From: an uncultured Gammaproteobacteria bacterium
Lineage (GTDB): Bacteria > Patescibacteriota > Microgenomatia > Daviesbacterales > UBA10151
Assembly: GCA_964504985.1 (NCBI GenBank)
Contig: CAZDFU010000003.1
Coordinates: 822 to 64,821, forward strand
Direction: 5' to 3'
Length of the DNA stretch: 64,000 bases
Within the stretch, counting starts at the first letter, position 1. Each line of letters begins with the position of its first letter. Made by a program: the position numbers and the translations under genes. Of the stretch, positions 1 through 10,274 are shown in pieces. A model generated the notes under the pieces. The model ran no database searches and was not told the DNA's origin. It saw only the letters and a program-made list of their open reading frames with translations.

Positions 1-1313
1 CTCCATACAAAGTCAGGGCTACAGTCCTTGGGATTGGGGTGGCTGTCATGGTTAAAAAATGTGGGATCTTGGCTTTGGAGCGCAAAAGTGAACGCTGCTT
101 GACTCCAAACCTTTGCTGCTCATCAATGATCACAAGCCCTGCATTTTTAGTATCTAATTTAGAAGAAAGTAAGGCATGGGTACCTACTATGATATTAGGG
201 GAAAGGGCCAAGCGTGAAGGGTGAAGGTTTTTTACTTTACCCTTTCCGGTTCCCCCTTTCCCCTTAGTAAACTTCCTGCTTCCGGTATATATAGCAACAT
301 GAATTCCAAATTTTGATAAAAGGTTTGTTAAAGTATTGTAATGTTGAAAAGCCAATATTTCTGTTGGGGCCATATAGATTGTTCTAAATCCATTTAGATT
401 GGTAAGGTAGGCTATTATAGCTGCCACCACTGTTTTGCCTGAGCCCACTTCTCCCTGAACCAACCTGTTCATGGGCTGTCCTTTTTTAAGGTCTTTTATA
501 ATTTCCCCAATAACCTTAAGTTGAGCTTTGGTTAATTTAAATGGTAAAGATTTAATAAATTTATCCAAAATTTGTGCGTCAACCTTAAAGGTTGCAACTG
601 AAATTTTTTTCTGCCATTTTACCCTGGCAGCTTGAGTTGCTAAAGTTACATAAAAAAGCTCATCAAAGCCTAACCTTTCCCTAGCTTTTTCTGCCTCAGC
701 CCAGTTATTTGGTAAGTGGATTTTGCTTAGTGCTTCAGGCAAAGACAACATTTTACCTTTGATAACTTCTGGTAAAGGGTCTTCAATTTGATTAATAACC
801 TTAGGAAGCAAGTCATTTATTTTTGTCAAAAGCCATTTAGAAGTAAGCCCTGCTGTTTCAGGATAAACAGCCACCAATTTTCCAGTGTGCAAAGACACCT
901 GCAAAGACACCAGGGGTGTTTTTTCCCATTTGGGCATGATAATAGAAAGTTTATTTTTATATTTGGTTAATTTTCCTGAGATCTGCAGCCTATCCCCTAC
1001 CTGGATTTGTTTACTCAGCCAGCTTTGGTTAAACCAGGTTAATTCAACTGGAGAGGTGCCATCATTAAAAATAGCTTTGGTTAAAATTTTTCTGGATCTT
1101 GTATAGATATTTTTAATAGACCAGATTTCTCCTTTTAAGGTAACCACCTGTCCAATCTGGGCATCTTTAATAGAGGTTTTTTGAGAAAAATCATCATAGC
1201 GGAAAGGAAAATGGTAAATTAAATCCTTTACAGTTAAAAGGTTAAGCCTTTCTAATTTATAAGATAAAGATGGACCAATTCCAGCAAGGCTTTTTAAAGG
1301 GGTATTTAAATCC
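1..1313 (-). CDS. recG: ATP-dependent DNA helicase RecG (partial; C-terminus runs off window start)
   Basis: Minus-strand translation starts MDLNTPLKSLAGIGP...HFPFRYDD (RecG wedge N-terminus). Walker A GEVGSGKT, motif II IIDEQQRFGV, MTATPIPRT. No stop before window edge. Confidence 0.8.
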
Positions 1314-1347
1314 ATGAGGGAATTATATTACTAAGTGGAAAACAAAA

Positions 1348-3123
1348 CTATCTTTTAAAAAGAGTCTGTTTCACAATTTGTCTGGTTGATTGCCAATAAT
1401 CTTTAACTAAATCAGAAGCATAAGGATTTCCTTTAGTTGGTATTAACATCCAATCAGGAAGTTTTCCCTGCTGGGCTTCTTTAATAACTGTTGGGTTATC
1501 CCTTTGAATATCTGGATTATCTTTTATATTGTGAACTCTGATAACTCCTCCATCCCCAAAAAAAGGGTCATGAAATACATGCATTTGATTTTTATTTATT
1601 TCTGGAGTATGAGATTCAACTTTTCCAGCTGCCAGTGATTTGCCAAAGGCACCAGCTAATCCTCCTAAAAACTGCCAACTTCTGCTTAATAAATTAGTAT
1701 CAAAATCAGTTTGTATATTTTTGGAATCTATCTCTCCTTTTATAAAGTTTAAGACCTTGATCATAAATAAAGGATCTTTTTTAGCTTTTTCTCTGATTTT
1801 TTGACTTAAAGTCTCCAGAACCTCATTTTTTCTGTAACTTCTTTCATCCTCTTTGCCTCCTGGATTTTTATCTTCTGCCAATATATATCTCATAAGATCT
1901 GAGGTATTTATATCTCTGGTTCCTTTAGGAATATATTCTTCCCCATATTCAATACCATCTAACCTAAAGCTTGCAGTATCATGATCTTTAGGAATGGTTA
2001 AACTTAATTTACCATCAACAAGCTGATCAATTGCATTTTTTAATACAACATCCTTCATGACAATCTGGAAATCAGAAGACAAACCAGTTATTCTTTCGCA
2101 AATATTTCCCATTAGATCAAAGCCACCCTTTTTATAAATACTTCTGACCCTTTGTGTTTCCATTAAGTCATCTGGGAAACGTCTTTCCAGCTCAGGGACT
2201 CTAATATCACGGCTTAAATGAATTACACCTATTTCACCAGTGTTCATATCGTAAGATAATATTGTAGGTGCCCCGCTATATTGTTCGTATGTATCGCCGT
2301 GTTCTTCACTATAACCGAAGATAACCAAATTTATTCTATTTTCATTTAGCTCTTTATCAACACGGTGATAATATTCAGGGTCCTCTTTTTCCTTCTGTGC
2401 GCGTTTTCTCCTAGCTTCTTCCACAAAGGGCTTAATAATTTCTATAAAAAGGTTTAATTTCTCAGGAGATGGAGTATTTTCAGGGTTTGGGAGGTTGATT
2501 GGAGTGCGGGTAACTGTTGGGGTTTTTGTATCAATACGTTCTTGAGGTAAGGTATCTCTGAGGATTTTTGCTCCAACAGTTGCTGCTGTTCCCATTGCTG
2601 CAACTTTTAAAAATTTTCTTCTGCTTAAATTTCCAGTTTTCCTGTCAAATTTTAATTTCTCAAGTTCCTGTTCAAGTAGTCTTAAAGCAGCATATTTTCC
2701 AAATAGAAGCTGCATTTTATCTACTAAATCCAAACGTAGATTAGGATCTCTAAGAATAGCTGTGTGCATTCTGTCAGCTGCCCACCCTTTTTCAGGAATT
2801 CTTCCTCCTACAGCTATAACCTGAGCTCTTCTGATAATTTCATAAGCAATTTTAGCTTCCCTCTTTGGTACCAGAGCTTGAGTTGCATCCCATAACCTGT
2901 CAGGGTCAACACTATTTTTTCCTGAGGCTTCTGTTATAAAATTGCGTTCTCTTTCTATTTCCCCGGGAGGTTGGTTAATTTTATCAACGACAGTTTTTAA
3001 TTTATTTCCCAATGTATTTGCTAAATAAAGGCTTTCTTTTCTGTCTAAACCTTTTAAAACTTCTAAATTTCCAACAAATGCTCTTTCAACAGGTGAAACA
3101 GGTGGAGCTAATCCTTCAGTCAT
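1348..3123 (-). CDS. Membrane protein: conserved N-terminal cytoplasmic domain, internal RRKFLK+hydrophobic segment, LCP (LytR-CpsA-Psr)-like extracytoplasmic domain
   Basis: N-terminal ~170 aa paralogous to N-terminus of downstream PP2C ORF. SRRKFLKVAAMGTAATVGA TM/Tat-like segment. RINLVIFGYSEEHGD...GVIHLSRDIRV...GGFDLMGNICERITGLSSDFQIVMKDVVLKNAIDQLVDG resembles LCP family core. Confidence 0.55.
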   Translation of the reverse strand: MTEGLAPPVSPVERAFVGNLEVLKGLDRKESLYLANTLGNKLKTVVDKINQPPGEIERERNFITEASGKNSVDPDRLWDATQALVPKREAKIAYEIIRRAQVIAVGGRIPEKGWAADRMHTAILRDPNLRLDLVDKMQLLFGKYAALRLLEQELEKLKFDRKTGNLSRRKFLKVAAMGTAATVGAKILRDTLPQERIDTKTPTVTRTPINLPNPENTPSPEKLNLFIEIIKPFVEEARRKRAQKEKEDPEYYHRVDKELNENRINLVIFGYSEEHGDTYEQYSGAPTILSYDMNTGEIGVIHLSRDIRVPELERRFPDDLMETQRVRSIYKKGGFDLMGNICERITGLSSDFQIVMKDVVLKNAIDQLVDGKLSLTIPKDHDTASFRLDGIEYGEEYIPKGTRDINTSDLMRYILAEDKNPGGKEDERSYRKNEVLETLSQKIREKAKKDPLFMIKVLNFIKGEIDSKNIQTDFDTNLLSRSWQFLGGLAGAFGKSLAAGKVESHTPEINKNQMHVFHDPFFGDGGVIRVHNIKDNPDIQRDNPTVIKEAQQGKLPDWMLIPTKGNPYASDLVKDYWQSTRQIVKQTLFKR

Positions 3124-5465
3124 ATTGATTGATCTGGTATGATTTCTTCAAGCAGGTTGTTGGAAAGATTTTTGCCATAGTTAATTTTGAGTCCTGCTTT
3201 TTGGGCTAAGTCTTCAAGATAATCTTTTTTATGCTGTTCTATCAGGTTGTTTAGTTTAAGATAAGTAATTGTTGTTTTGATTCCATTTTTAAAAGCCTGA
3301 ATTATTTCCTCTTGAGTTGACTGAGGATTTCGTAAAATACTGATATATTCTATTGCTGCATTATAATATTCATTTAGAGCTTTATCTTGGAGAGGAATAA
3401 AAGAACGATCTGCATCGGCTTCTTTTATAATTCTATCAATGGTAGAAGATTCATCCTCATTACTGCTTTGACCTTCCTGAATGCCCTTCATATAATTTGA
3501 AAGGCTTTCCTGTAAATCCTGTGGGGCAGAGGCAAACATTCTTTTTAACAGTGCTATTTGCTGATCTGAGGGTGGTTTTTCGGCTGAGTAGTTCCATCTT
3601 TCAAATGGGAACCTGAAAGAGTCCAAATTATTACTATGCTTATTTTCTATGACAAAAGTGACAATACTTTCATCTTCCGCTAAATTAAGAACCTGGCTTA
3701 ATTCTGCTTCAAGATCTATTTTTTCATTCTCCCGGTTCTCTTGTTCAGTAACCGTTTCCTCTTTTGGTGTTACTGCTACTAATTGACGGAGTCTTAATAC
3801 AATGTCACTTACCCTTGCTCTTACATTTTCAGGTTCTTCTATCAATTCATCTGCTGGAAGAGCGGTATTAGATCCTTCAACAATGTAGTAGATTCTTCCA
3901 TCCCCAGAAGTACCTGCAATGCCTGTTACTTGAACAGGAATATCTGAACCAGCGTTTTTCCAAATCATTCGTCTGGGTACAAATTCTGTAGCTGGATTGG
4001 TAGTTTCAGGTTCTGTAGGGACAGGATATGTTAGAGGTTCAATTGTAGTTTCTTCTGGTTTTGCCAGTCCAACTAAATCTCTCTCATCTGGGATTGTTTC
4101 TTCAATTGAAGCTGGCTCCCCAGGTGTTGGTTGGTTTGGGGCGGGTTCAATTTTTACCTTTTTCCCTTTTACCAATTCCTCAATTTTAGCAACTGCAAGG
4201 CCAATATCATCTGTCCCGCCTGCATTTTGGGCTTTCTTAATGAGCTCTCTAACAGCATCCTCAGGATTTTTGCTTTTAGATAAAATTTTGGCAATTGTAT
4301 TATCCGGCAATGGTCCCCAAAGGCCGTCTGTACAAAGAAGGATCTGGTCTCCTTTTTCAAGCCTGTAAGGACCGTGTACTTTATCACTTCTGACGTCCCG
4401 TAAATCAGGTTCAACACCAATGGCCTCAGTAATAAAATTTTGTGCAGCCCTGGGATCTGTCCTTTCTCTTTCAGAGTGATCCGTTGTTAACCTGTTTAAC
4501 GCGCCTTTTCTTAAGAGGTATACTCTGCTATCTCCCGCGTGGGCTATATATAACTCATGCCCTTGAATTATGGCAACAACAAGTGTAGTGCCCATTCTTT
4601 CTGATTGCTCTGGTTTGTATACTGCCTTATTAGCTTTATTTAGAGCATTTACTAAGAATTCAGGGGGAGATACCATGTCTTCTTGTGCAAATTTGTAAAG
4701 TACTTGTTCAATTGCTGTATTGCTGGCTATCTCTCCTGATCTAAGTCCTCCCACACCATCAGCTGCTGCAAGTATAGTCCCTTTGGCTAAGTTTCTTATT
4801 TTTTCCTCTGTAAACGGGGCAGCCTCAGGAGTATCTGGGTGCACATAACCAACACTATCCTGGTTTATAGAGCGTTCTGTACCTCTAACTTTACTTGCAA
4901 ATAGGTCTATTTTTGCAAAGGGTTCTAGTTCTACCATCCCCTCTTCTTCCGGGGTTGTGACCTCATCCATTATTTTTAAAAGCAAAGGTAAGGCAGCATG
5001 TTGACCAAACAGTAGCTGCCTTTGATTTAATAAGTCTAAACGGTAATTTTCTGGATCAGAGATTAGAGTTTGATGAATTTTTTCAGCATTCCATTCCTCA
5101 CCTTCAGGAATCTTGCCTCCTACTGCCATTACCTGAGCTTTTCTTACAGTCTGATAAGCTATTTCAGCTTGATTTTTAGGATACAATGTATGAGTTATTA
5201 CCCAAAGCTCATCTGGATCATTTATATCTACAATGTCAGTAATCTCTGGCTTTCTTTTCCTTCCCAACCCCAGAAAACCTTTTTTATTCCGTGAATCTAT
5301 TTTATTTCTAACATAATCATATTCTCTTTTGTCCTCCTCTGGGGTTTTATAAGAAGCATCGCCTGCTTGTTTTAATTCTTCAGCCAGCATGTTTGATATT
5401 CTGGTAATTTGATCTGGAGTTTGGACAGTTAAGCTTTCCGGGATTTGAGACGGTATTTCTCGCAT
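3120..5465 (-). CDS. PP2C-family (PPM/SpoIIE-like) Ser/Thr phosphatase with N-terminal shared domain and long C-terminal uncharacterised domain
   Basis: LAAADGVGG, MGTTLVVAII..LYIAHAGDSRVYL, LLCTDGLWG are PPM motifs. N-terminal block ELWVITHTLYPKNQAEIAYQTVRKAQVMAVGGKIPE matches RLWDATQALVPKREAKIAYEIIRRAQVIAVGGRIPE of upstream ORF. 4-nt overlap with upstream gene. Confidence 0.7.
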   Translation of the reverse strand: MREIPSQIPESLTVQTPDQITRISNMLAEELKQAGDASYKTPEEDKREYDYVRNKIDSRNKKGFLGLGRKRKPEITDIVDINDPDELWVITHTLYPKNQAEIAYQTVRKAQVMAVGGKIPEGEEWNAEKIHQTLISDPENYRLDLLNQRQLLFGQHAALPLLLKIMDEVTTPEEEGMVELEPFAKIDLFASKVRGTERSINQDSVGYVHPDTPEAAPFTEEKIRNLAKGTILAAADGVGGLRSGEIASNTAIEQVLYKFAQEDMVSPPEFLVNALNKANKAVYKPEQSERMGTTLVVAIIQGHELYIAHAGDSRVYLLRKGALNRLTTDHSERERTDPRAAQNFITEAIGVEPDLRDVRSDKVHGPYRLEKGDQILLCTDGLWGPLPDNTIAKILSKSKNPEDAVRELIKKAQNAGGTDDIGLAVAKIEELVKGKKVKIEPAPNQPTPGEPASIEETIPDERDLVGLAKPEETTIEPLTYPVPTEPETTNPATEFVPRRMIWKNAGSDIPVQVTGIAGTSGDGRIYYIVEGSNTALPADELIEEPENVRARVSDIVLRLRQLVAVTPKEETVTEQENRENEKIDLEAELSQVLNLAEDESIVTFVIENKHSNNLDSFRFPFERWNYSAEKPPSDQQIALLKRMFASAPQDLQESLSNYMKGIQEGQSSNEDESSTIDRIIKEADADRSFIPLQDKALNEYYNAAIEYISILRNPQSTQEEIIQAFKNGIKTTITYLKLNNLIEQHKKDYLEDLAQKAGLKINYGKNLSNNLLEEIIPDQSI

Positions 5466-5474
5466 AGTTTTCCT

Positions 5475-5801
5475 TTAGTTTAATTTTTGTGGATTTTGTT
5501 TTAAGTCTGTAACAACCTTTTGCAGCTCCTGTTCCAGCTGTTCTGCTAGAAATGGAATTTGGGAGGCATATTCTTCTATTTTTTCCTTCATTTGGGGGCT
5601 GTCAGCAGAAAGATCTTTTAAAGAAGAAAGCTGTTCTTCATTTAAATTATCAACAATAACATCAATAATTACCCCATCCAAATATGTTCTAATCTTTTCA
5701 GATAAAGGTATTCTTTGATCTTCTGGGAGACTGGTAAAACCTGGTGAAGCAAGCACTTCTTTAACTAAATTATCTAAATATTGGTTAATCTTTTGATCCA
5801 T
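5475..5801 (-). CDS. Hypothetical small acidic coiled-coil protein (108 aa)
   Basis: ORF in operon position between 521-aa and PP2C genes; no recognised motif. Confidence 0.4.
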   Translation of the reverse strand: MDQKINQYLDNLVKEVLASPGFTSLPEDQRIPLSEKIRTYLDGVIIDVIVDNLNEEQLSSLKDLSADSPQMKEKIEEYASQIPFLAEQLEQELQKVVTDLKQNPQKLN

Positions 5802-5802
5802 T

Positions 5803-7368
5803 TTATTTTTGTGCTATTTTTGTTATCACATCTTTTACTAAACCAAACTTCAAAGGTTCTCCTGGGGGTAACATTCTTGCATCTACTCCTTGCATTAAGC
5901 CCCATTCTGGAACTTTAAATCCTTGTCTTTCAGCTAATGCAAAGGATACCTTAAAAACGTTCTGATTAGTAGGTTCTACCCCAATAGATTCTAAATATTT
6001 AGCAGTTGTATCCCAGATATTTGACTCCTTTTCTAATAGTACTTCATCAGGTGCAGAAGCTATATTTTCTGGAATCTGAAGTTGGGATTCAGGAGCAGGA
6101 GGTTGTTGTAGTGTTCCATCTGGAGGTTGTGCTGGTGTTTCTCCAGATATACCTGTAGCAGGGGTTTGTGGTTGGGCAGGAGAAGGAGTTTCAAGTGCAG
6201 CTGTATCTGGAGAAGATTCTATAACTTGCCCAGTTTGGGGTACCTGGGTGGCAGGCGCTGGACTTGGTTCTACTCCAGGTACACTAGCAGGTGTTTCTGA
6301 AGGAATAGGAGCGGAGGCTGGTGCTGGAGGAGGAGCATAAGCAGGTTCAGGCATTTTAGCTGGTGCAGGAGATGAGGCTGGCTGTGGAGCAACAGCTTGA
6401 GCAGCTTCAGGTGAAGCTGTAGGGGCAGCAGTTGCTGTGGAGGATTCTCCAAAACTTTGCTGTACTTGGTTAACCTGCTCAGGGACTTGTGGCAACCTGA
6501 TCTCAGGTGCCTTAATTTCTGGTAATTCAACTTTAGGCATGTTGATTTGAGGTAGTTGAACTTCGACACTTTTAATTGTTTGTCCAGGAATAGATTTAAC
6601 ATTTTCCCAGACGCTTTTTGCTGTAGTTGCTCCGGAAGAAGCAGTTTCCCGGACTGCCCCAACAACTGCTTTACTGGCTGCTGCCACTTGTTCTTGTATC
6701 CACTCATTTTCTAAGGCTAAACTAATAACAGTATTGGCAGCCACACCACCTACTGCTCCCATAGCAGCTCCTTTTAAGCCTGCCATGGCAATTGCTCTGC
6801 CGTCTTTAATCTTTAATTTATGTTTTAATTCTCCAACAAGATTAGCCTGATAAGTGGTTTCATTATAATTTCTGCGCTGGCGCATGTACTCTTTTGCTAC
6901 TCCAGAGATTCCACCTCCAGCAGCACCCAAAATTGCCATTTCTACCACCCCAACACCAGTCATGCTGGTGGCAATTTTTAAACCTGTTTTAAATGTTCCA
7001 GCTGCTACTGCTCCAACAGCTGCATCTGCTAACATATCTGATAATTTCTGGCCGAATACTCTTTTCTCACCCAAATTTTGAACTGTTTTTTTGGTGATAA
7101 CAGCCATTTCTGCAATATTGGGTTTTCTTGCAGAAAACTTTTCTGAAAGATTGGAAAAAGCATTTCTTATTGGGATTGAGCTTAAGAATTCATTAACTTT
7201 TGATGCTGCCTCACCTATTTTTTTTCTTGGGCTTTCTGGGGCGTTACCTCTTTGGTTCCAGGGGATTCTATTAGGATTTGGTCCTCTTGCAGGGCCCGAA
7301 TCTGTGTTAGCTTCCCGTTGGGGCATTCCCCATGAATTTCCTTCAGGCATATGAGTTAATTTTCTCAA
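5803..7368 (-). CDS. Hypothetical protein with Gly/Ala-rich hydrophobic core and Pro/Ala/Ser-rich low-complexity region
   Basis: 521-aa ORF. Disordered N-terminus, AAVGAVAAGTFKTGL...AILGAAGGGISG hydrophobic segments, PAPASAPIPSETPASVPGVEPSPAPAT low complexity. Stop overlaps start of next gene. Confidence 0.5.
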   Translation of the reverse strand: MRKLTHMPEGNSWGMPQREANTDSGPARGPNPNRIPWNQRGNAPESPRKKIGEAASKVNEFLSSIPIRNAFSNLSEKFSARKPNIAEMAVITKKTVQNLGEKRVFGQKLSDMLADAAVGAVAAGTFKTGLKIATSMTGVGVVEMAILGAAGGGISGVAKEYMRQRRNYNETTYQANLVGELKHKLKIKDGRAIAMAGLKGAAMGAVGGVAANTVISLALENEWIQEQVAAASKAVVGAVRETASSGATTAKSVWENVKSIPGQTIKSVEVQLPQINMPKVELPEIKAPEIRLPQVPEQVNQVQQSFGESSTATAAPTASPEAAQAVAPQPASSPAPAKMPEPAYAPPPAPASAPIPSETPASVPGVEPSPAPATQVPQTGQVIESSPDTAALETPSPAQPQTPATGISGETPAQPPDGTLQQPPAPESQLQIPENIASAPDEVLLEKESNIWDTTAKYLESIGVEPTNQNVFKVSFALAERQGFKVPEWGLMQGVDARMLPPGEPLKFGLVKDVITKIAQK

Positions 7369-7502
7369 AGATCAAAGAGTAAGTCAAATTTTTAAACAGA
7401 TAAAAGAAGAGGCAGGAAAGAGAAGATCAAAATGGATATTCCTGCAATTATAGATAAAATGATCCAGACTATTTTAAATTTTTTGTTATACATATAAATT
7501 TT

Positions 7503-8624
7503 CTAGGTGTGAGTTGTTAGTTTCTCTATTTCCTCCAAAGCTGCCTTTCTTTTTGGGTCTTCAAAATAGCTTCTAACTGGTTCAAGTTTTTCAATTATCC
7601 ATTCTGCCACAGCTTTTTTTAAATCCTGAGGGTGAAGCTTTTTTTCAGCATAATCTTTTTCCAGCTCCTCATATGAGGAATAGCTTAAATTTCCACCCCA
7701 TCTTTCATCTCTGTTAACTTCTAAAGTAGTTTTTGAATAAAATATTAAATACCTTGTCCAGTTTAAAATTGGATTTCCTTCAATAATCCCTTCTGGAGCA
7801 TAAGCATCATTTATTTTTTTCCTTATTTCCTCTTCTGTGTCATGGATAGATATACCACTGCCAGGTTTAGATTTGCTCATTTTATTTTTCATAGCTGCTT
7901 CATCAGCTTCCCCGCCGCTGTCTGCTGGTCCTGATAAACTAAGCAAAATTGGGTGATGTATGGCTACAGGTTTTATTTGATTGCCTTTAATATCTTTTAA
8001 GGGGTTTGTTTTAACCTGCATGGCAGCGTCTTTGGCAATCACATGTACCTTTCTTTGGTCAATTCCTGCATGAGCTATATTTGCTCCAAGTAAAAATATA
8101 TCTGCTGCCTGCATAATAGGATAAAACAGTTTATCTGTAGGCATTGAGTCGTCTGATTGATCTCTGCCCATGATGGTGATAGACCTTTTGGTTCTTGCCA
8201 GGGTAGTGGTTTTTCCTATTTCCAAAAGAGTCAGCCAAAAATCAGGGTTTTTTGCATATGTTTCTGAAGTCAGTTTAAAGATTAGTTTTTCAGGATCCCC
8301 TCCTATTAAGGTAAATAAAGCCTTGATAGCTTCTTCAAAATAATCTTTGGCTATTTTTTTAATAATCTCTAAATCGCCTCCTAATTTATCATTAATGGCT
8401 GAATGCAGATCTGCCAGCCAAATTAAAGTTTCTGCCCCGGCATCTTGCAGATCTTTAACCTTTAAAAGAGTAAATAAGTAGCCTAAATGCAGTTTTCCTG
8501 AAATCTCAAAACCAATATAATGTTTTAAGGGAGTATCTGAATTAATAAGTTCTTTTAATTCGTCTTCAGTTAAAACTTCCTCCAGGTTCCTGGTGATTAA
8601 ATTAAATTTTTCCTCATTGTTCAT
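7503..8624 (-). CDS. tyrS: Tyrosyl-tRNA synthetase, archaeal/eukaryal type
   Basis: HYIGFEISGKLHLGY (HIGH-like), KMSKSKPGSGI (KMSKS). C-terminal KLHPQDLKKAVAEWIIEKLEPVR closely matches M. jannaschii TyrRS ELHPMDLKNAVAEELIKILEPIR. Confidence 0.85.
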   Translation of the reverse strand: MNNEEKFNLITRNLEEVLTEDELKELINSDTPLKHYIGFEISGKLHLGYLFTLLKVKDLQDAGAETLIWLADLHSAINDKLGGDLEIIKKIAKDYFEEAIKALFTLIGGDPEKLIFKLTSETYAKNPDFWLTLLEIGKTTTLARTKRSITIMGRDQSDDSMPTDKLFYPIMQAADIFLLGANIAHAGIDQRKVHVIAKDAAMQVKTNPLKDIKGNQIKPVAIHHPILLSLSGPADSGGEADEAAMKNKMSKSKPGSGISIHDTEEEIRKKINDAYAPEGIIEGNPILNWTRYLIFYSKTTLEVNRDERWGGNLSYSSYEELEKDYAEKKLHPQDLKKAVAEWIIEKLEPVRSYFEDPKRKAALEEIEKLTTHT

Positions 8625-8649
8625 ATGGTAATATTAACACAGCTTAGGT

Positions 8650-10224
8650 ATGTCTAAAAATATTACTAAATTAACTTCTGCATTGGTGGCAGCTTATGAT
8701 CAGGTTTACTCATCTTCTGATGACAGGACTATCTCTGTGAACCCTTTGATAGCAGAACTTGCTACCTGGTATGAAAAGTTCCGTACATCTATGGATTACA
8801 GGGAGGATGAAGTAATCTTAAGAGCTGCAATTGAGAGGATTTTAAGAAGACGTTTGCTTTTAAGGGGAGGAGGCGGCGAAGCGGTTGCTGCTCCCTTAAT
8901 CCGGGAATTGATTTGGGCCCGCTATTTTCCTGATGCTTTTGTCCCCCAGTCCGCTGTTGAGAAAGTTACTGATATTATCAATCTTTACCTTAATCTTGAG
9001 AAAAAAATTAATGAGCATCACAGGATCAACCATGGCCAGGTTTATGATTGGATTGTTCATCTTCTTTCTTCTGAGATTGAGGATATTTTAAAGCCTGGTA
9101 ATGAAAAAGATTTGATGGCCCATTACATCTATCAGATTTTTAAAGACAGGATTACCATAAGTGATGATTCAGAAGAAACAAAAGATATTCAGGTGTTTAT
9201 TGCTGTGAGGCGTTCTTATGCTAATGATGATTTGGCACTTTTGCGGTTTAGATTGTTCAGGCAATATTTTGGCAAAGTTACTTCAGAGAATGTAGACACA
9301 ATTGCCAAGCTCTTTCTTGAGGCAAAACATAAATTTGAAATGCATTTTAAATATCCTGCCAAAGATAAGATCTATAACTACATAAAAAAAGAAATGATCC
9401 CCTTTTTGATTTTGGATGATGTTTTCCAAAAAAACCGCGGTAAAGTTGGCCAGCTTGTTTTGGATGAAGACCATCTGGGTACAGAAGTATTGGCAGCTTG
9501 TAATACCCGGTATAAGACTATATCTGGTAAGGTACGAAGGGCAATTGTCAGAAGTGTTATTTTTATCTTTATGACTAAGGCTGTTTTTGCTTTATTTGTG
9601 GAAGGAGCGTTTGAAAGGTTTTTATATGGCAAGATTATTTGGTCATCAATTGTTTTAAATACTTTAACTCCTCCGGCTTTGATGATTTTGGTGGGATCTT
9701 TAATTCAAACTCCCAATAGAGAAAACTCCTTTAGGATTCTTAAAAAAATAAATACTGTTTTGTATGATGAGAATCCTTCTCTTGATGCTCCTTTAATTGT
9801 GAGGAAAAAACCCAGTAAAACTGATCCTTTGCTTTGGAGTTTATTTATTATACTTTGGTTAACTACTTTTGCCTTAAGTTTTGGGGGGATAATTTTTATA
9901 TTAAATAAGTTTAAGATTAATCCCCTGTCCCAGGTGGTTTTTGTGTTCTTTCTGGCAATTGTTTCCTTTGTTTCATTTAGGATTAACAGAACAGCCCATA
10001 TGTATATATTAAAGGTAAGAAAAGATAATTTAGGTTCATTATTTTTTGACTTTTTCTTTATGCCTTTTATACAAGTAGGAAGAAAATTAACTCAAGCAGT
10101 TTCACAAATAAATATTATTCTTTTTATTTTTGATTTTATAATTGAGACTCCCTTTAAGGGTATAGCTGCTTTTTTTGAACAATGGTTACTCTTTTTAAGA
10201 ACCCAAAGAGAAAAGTTAGATTAG
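8650..10224 (+). CDS. Hypothetical polytopic membrane protein (524 aa)
   Basis: Soluble N-terminal half followed by multiple hydrophobic helices (FIFMTKAVFALFV, LWSLFIILWLTTFALSFGGIIFIL, VVFVFFLAIVSFVSF). Confidence 0.5.
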   Translation: MSKNITKLTSALVAAYDQVYSSSDDRTISVNPLIAELATWYEKFRTSMDYREDEVILRAAIERILRRRLLLRGGGGEAVAAPLIRELIWARYFPDAFVPQSAVEKVTDIINLYLNLEKKINEHHRINHGQVYDWIVHLLSSEIEDILKPGNEKDLMAHYIYQIFKDRITISDDSEETKDIQVFIAVRRSYANDDLALLRFRLFRQYFGKVTSENVDTIAKLFLEAKHKFEMHFKYPAKDKIYNYIKKEMIPFLILDDVFQKNRGKVGQLVLDEDHLGTEVLAACNTRYKTISGKVRRAIVRSVIFIFMTKAVFALFVEGAFERFLYGKIIWSSIVLNTLTPPALMILVGSLIQTPNRENSFRILKKINTVLYDENPSLDAPLIVRKKPSKTDPLLWSLFIILWLTTFALSFGGIIFILNKFKINPLSQVVFVFFLAIVSFVSFRINRTAHMYILKVRKDNLGSLFFDFFFMPFIQVGRKLTQAVSQINIILFIFDFIIETPFKGIAAFFEQWLLFLRTQREKLD

Positions 10225-10274
10225 CCTCTTTTAAGTTGATTTTTTAACCCACTTATTATATACTATAGGTTTAT

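Noticed and set aside
3997-4420. ORFs 3997..4368(+) and 4169..4420(-) inside the PP2C gene
   Set aside because: Antisense or overlapping frames within a well-supported CDS. Low-complexity Ser/Gly composition typical of spurious reverse-frame ORFs.
6270-7354. ORFs 6270..6707(-), 6884..7081(+), 7091..7354(+) overlapping the 521-aa gene
   Set aside because: Alternative frames of a Pro/Ala-rich gene. Q/L-rich or A/P-rich translations are frame artefacts.
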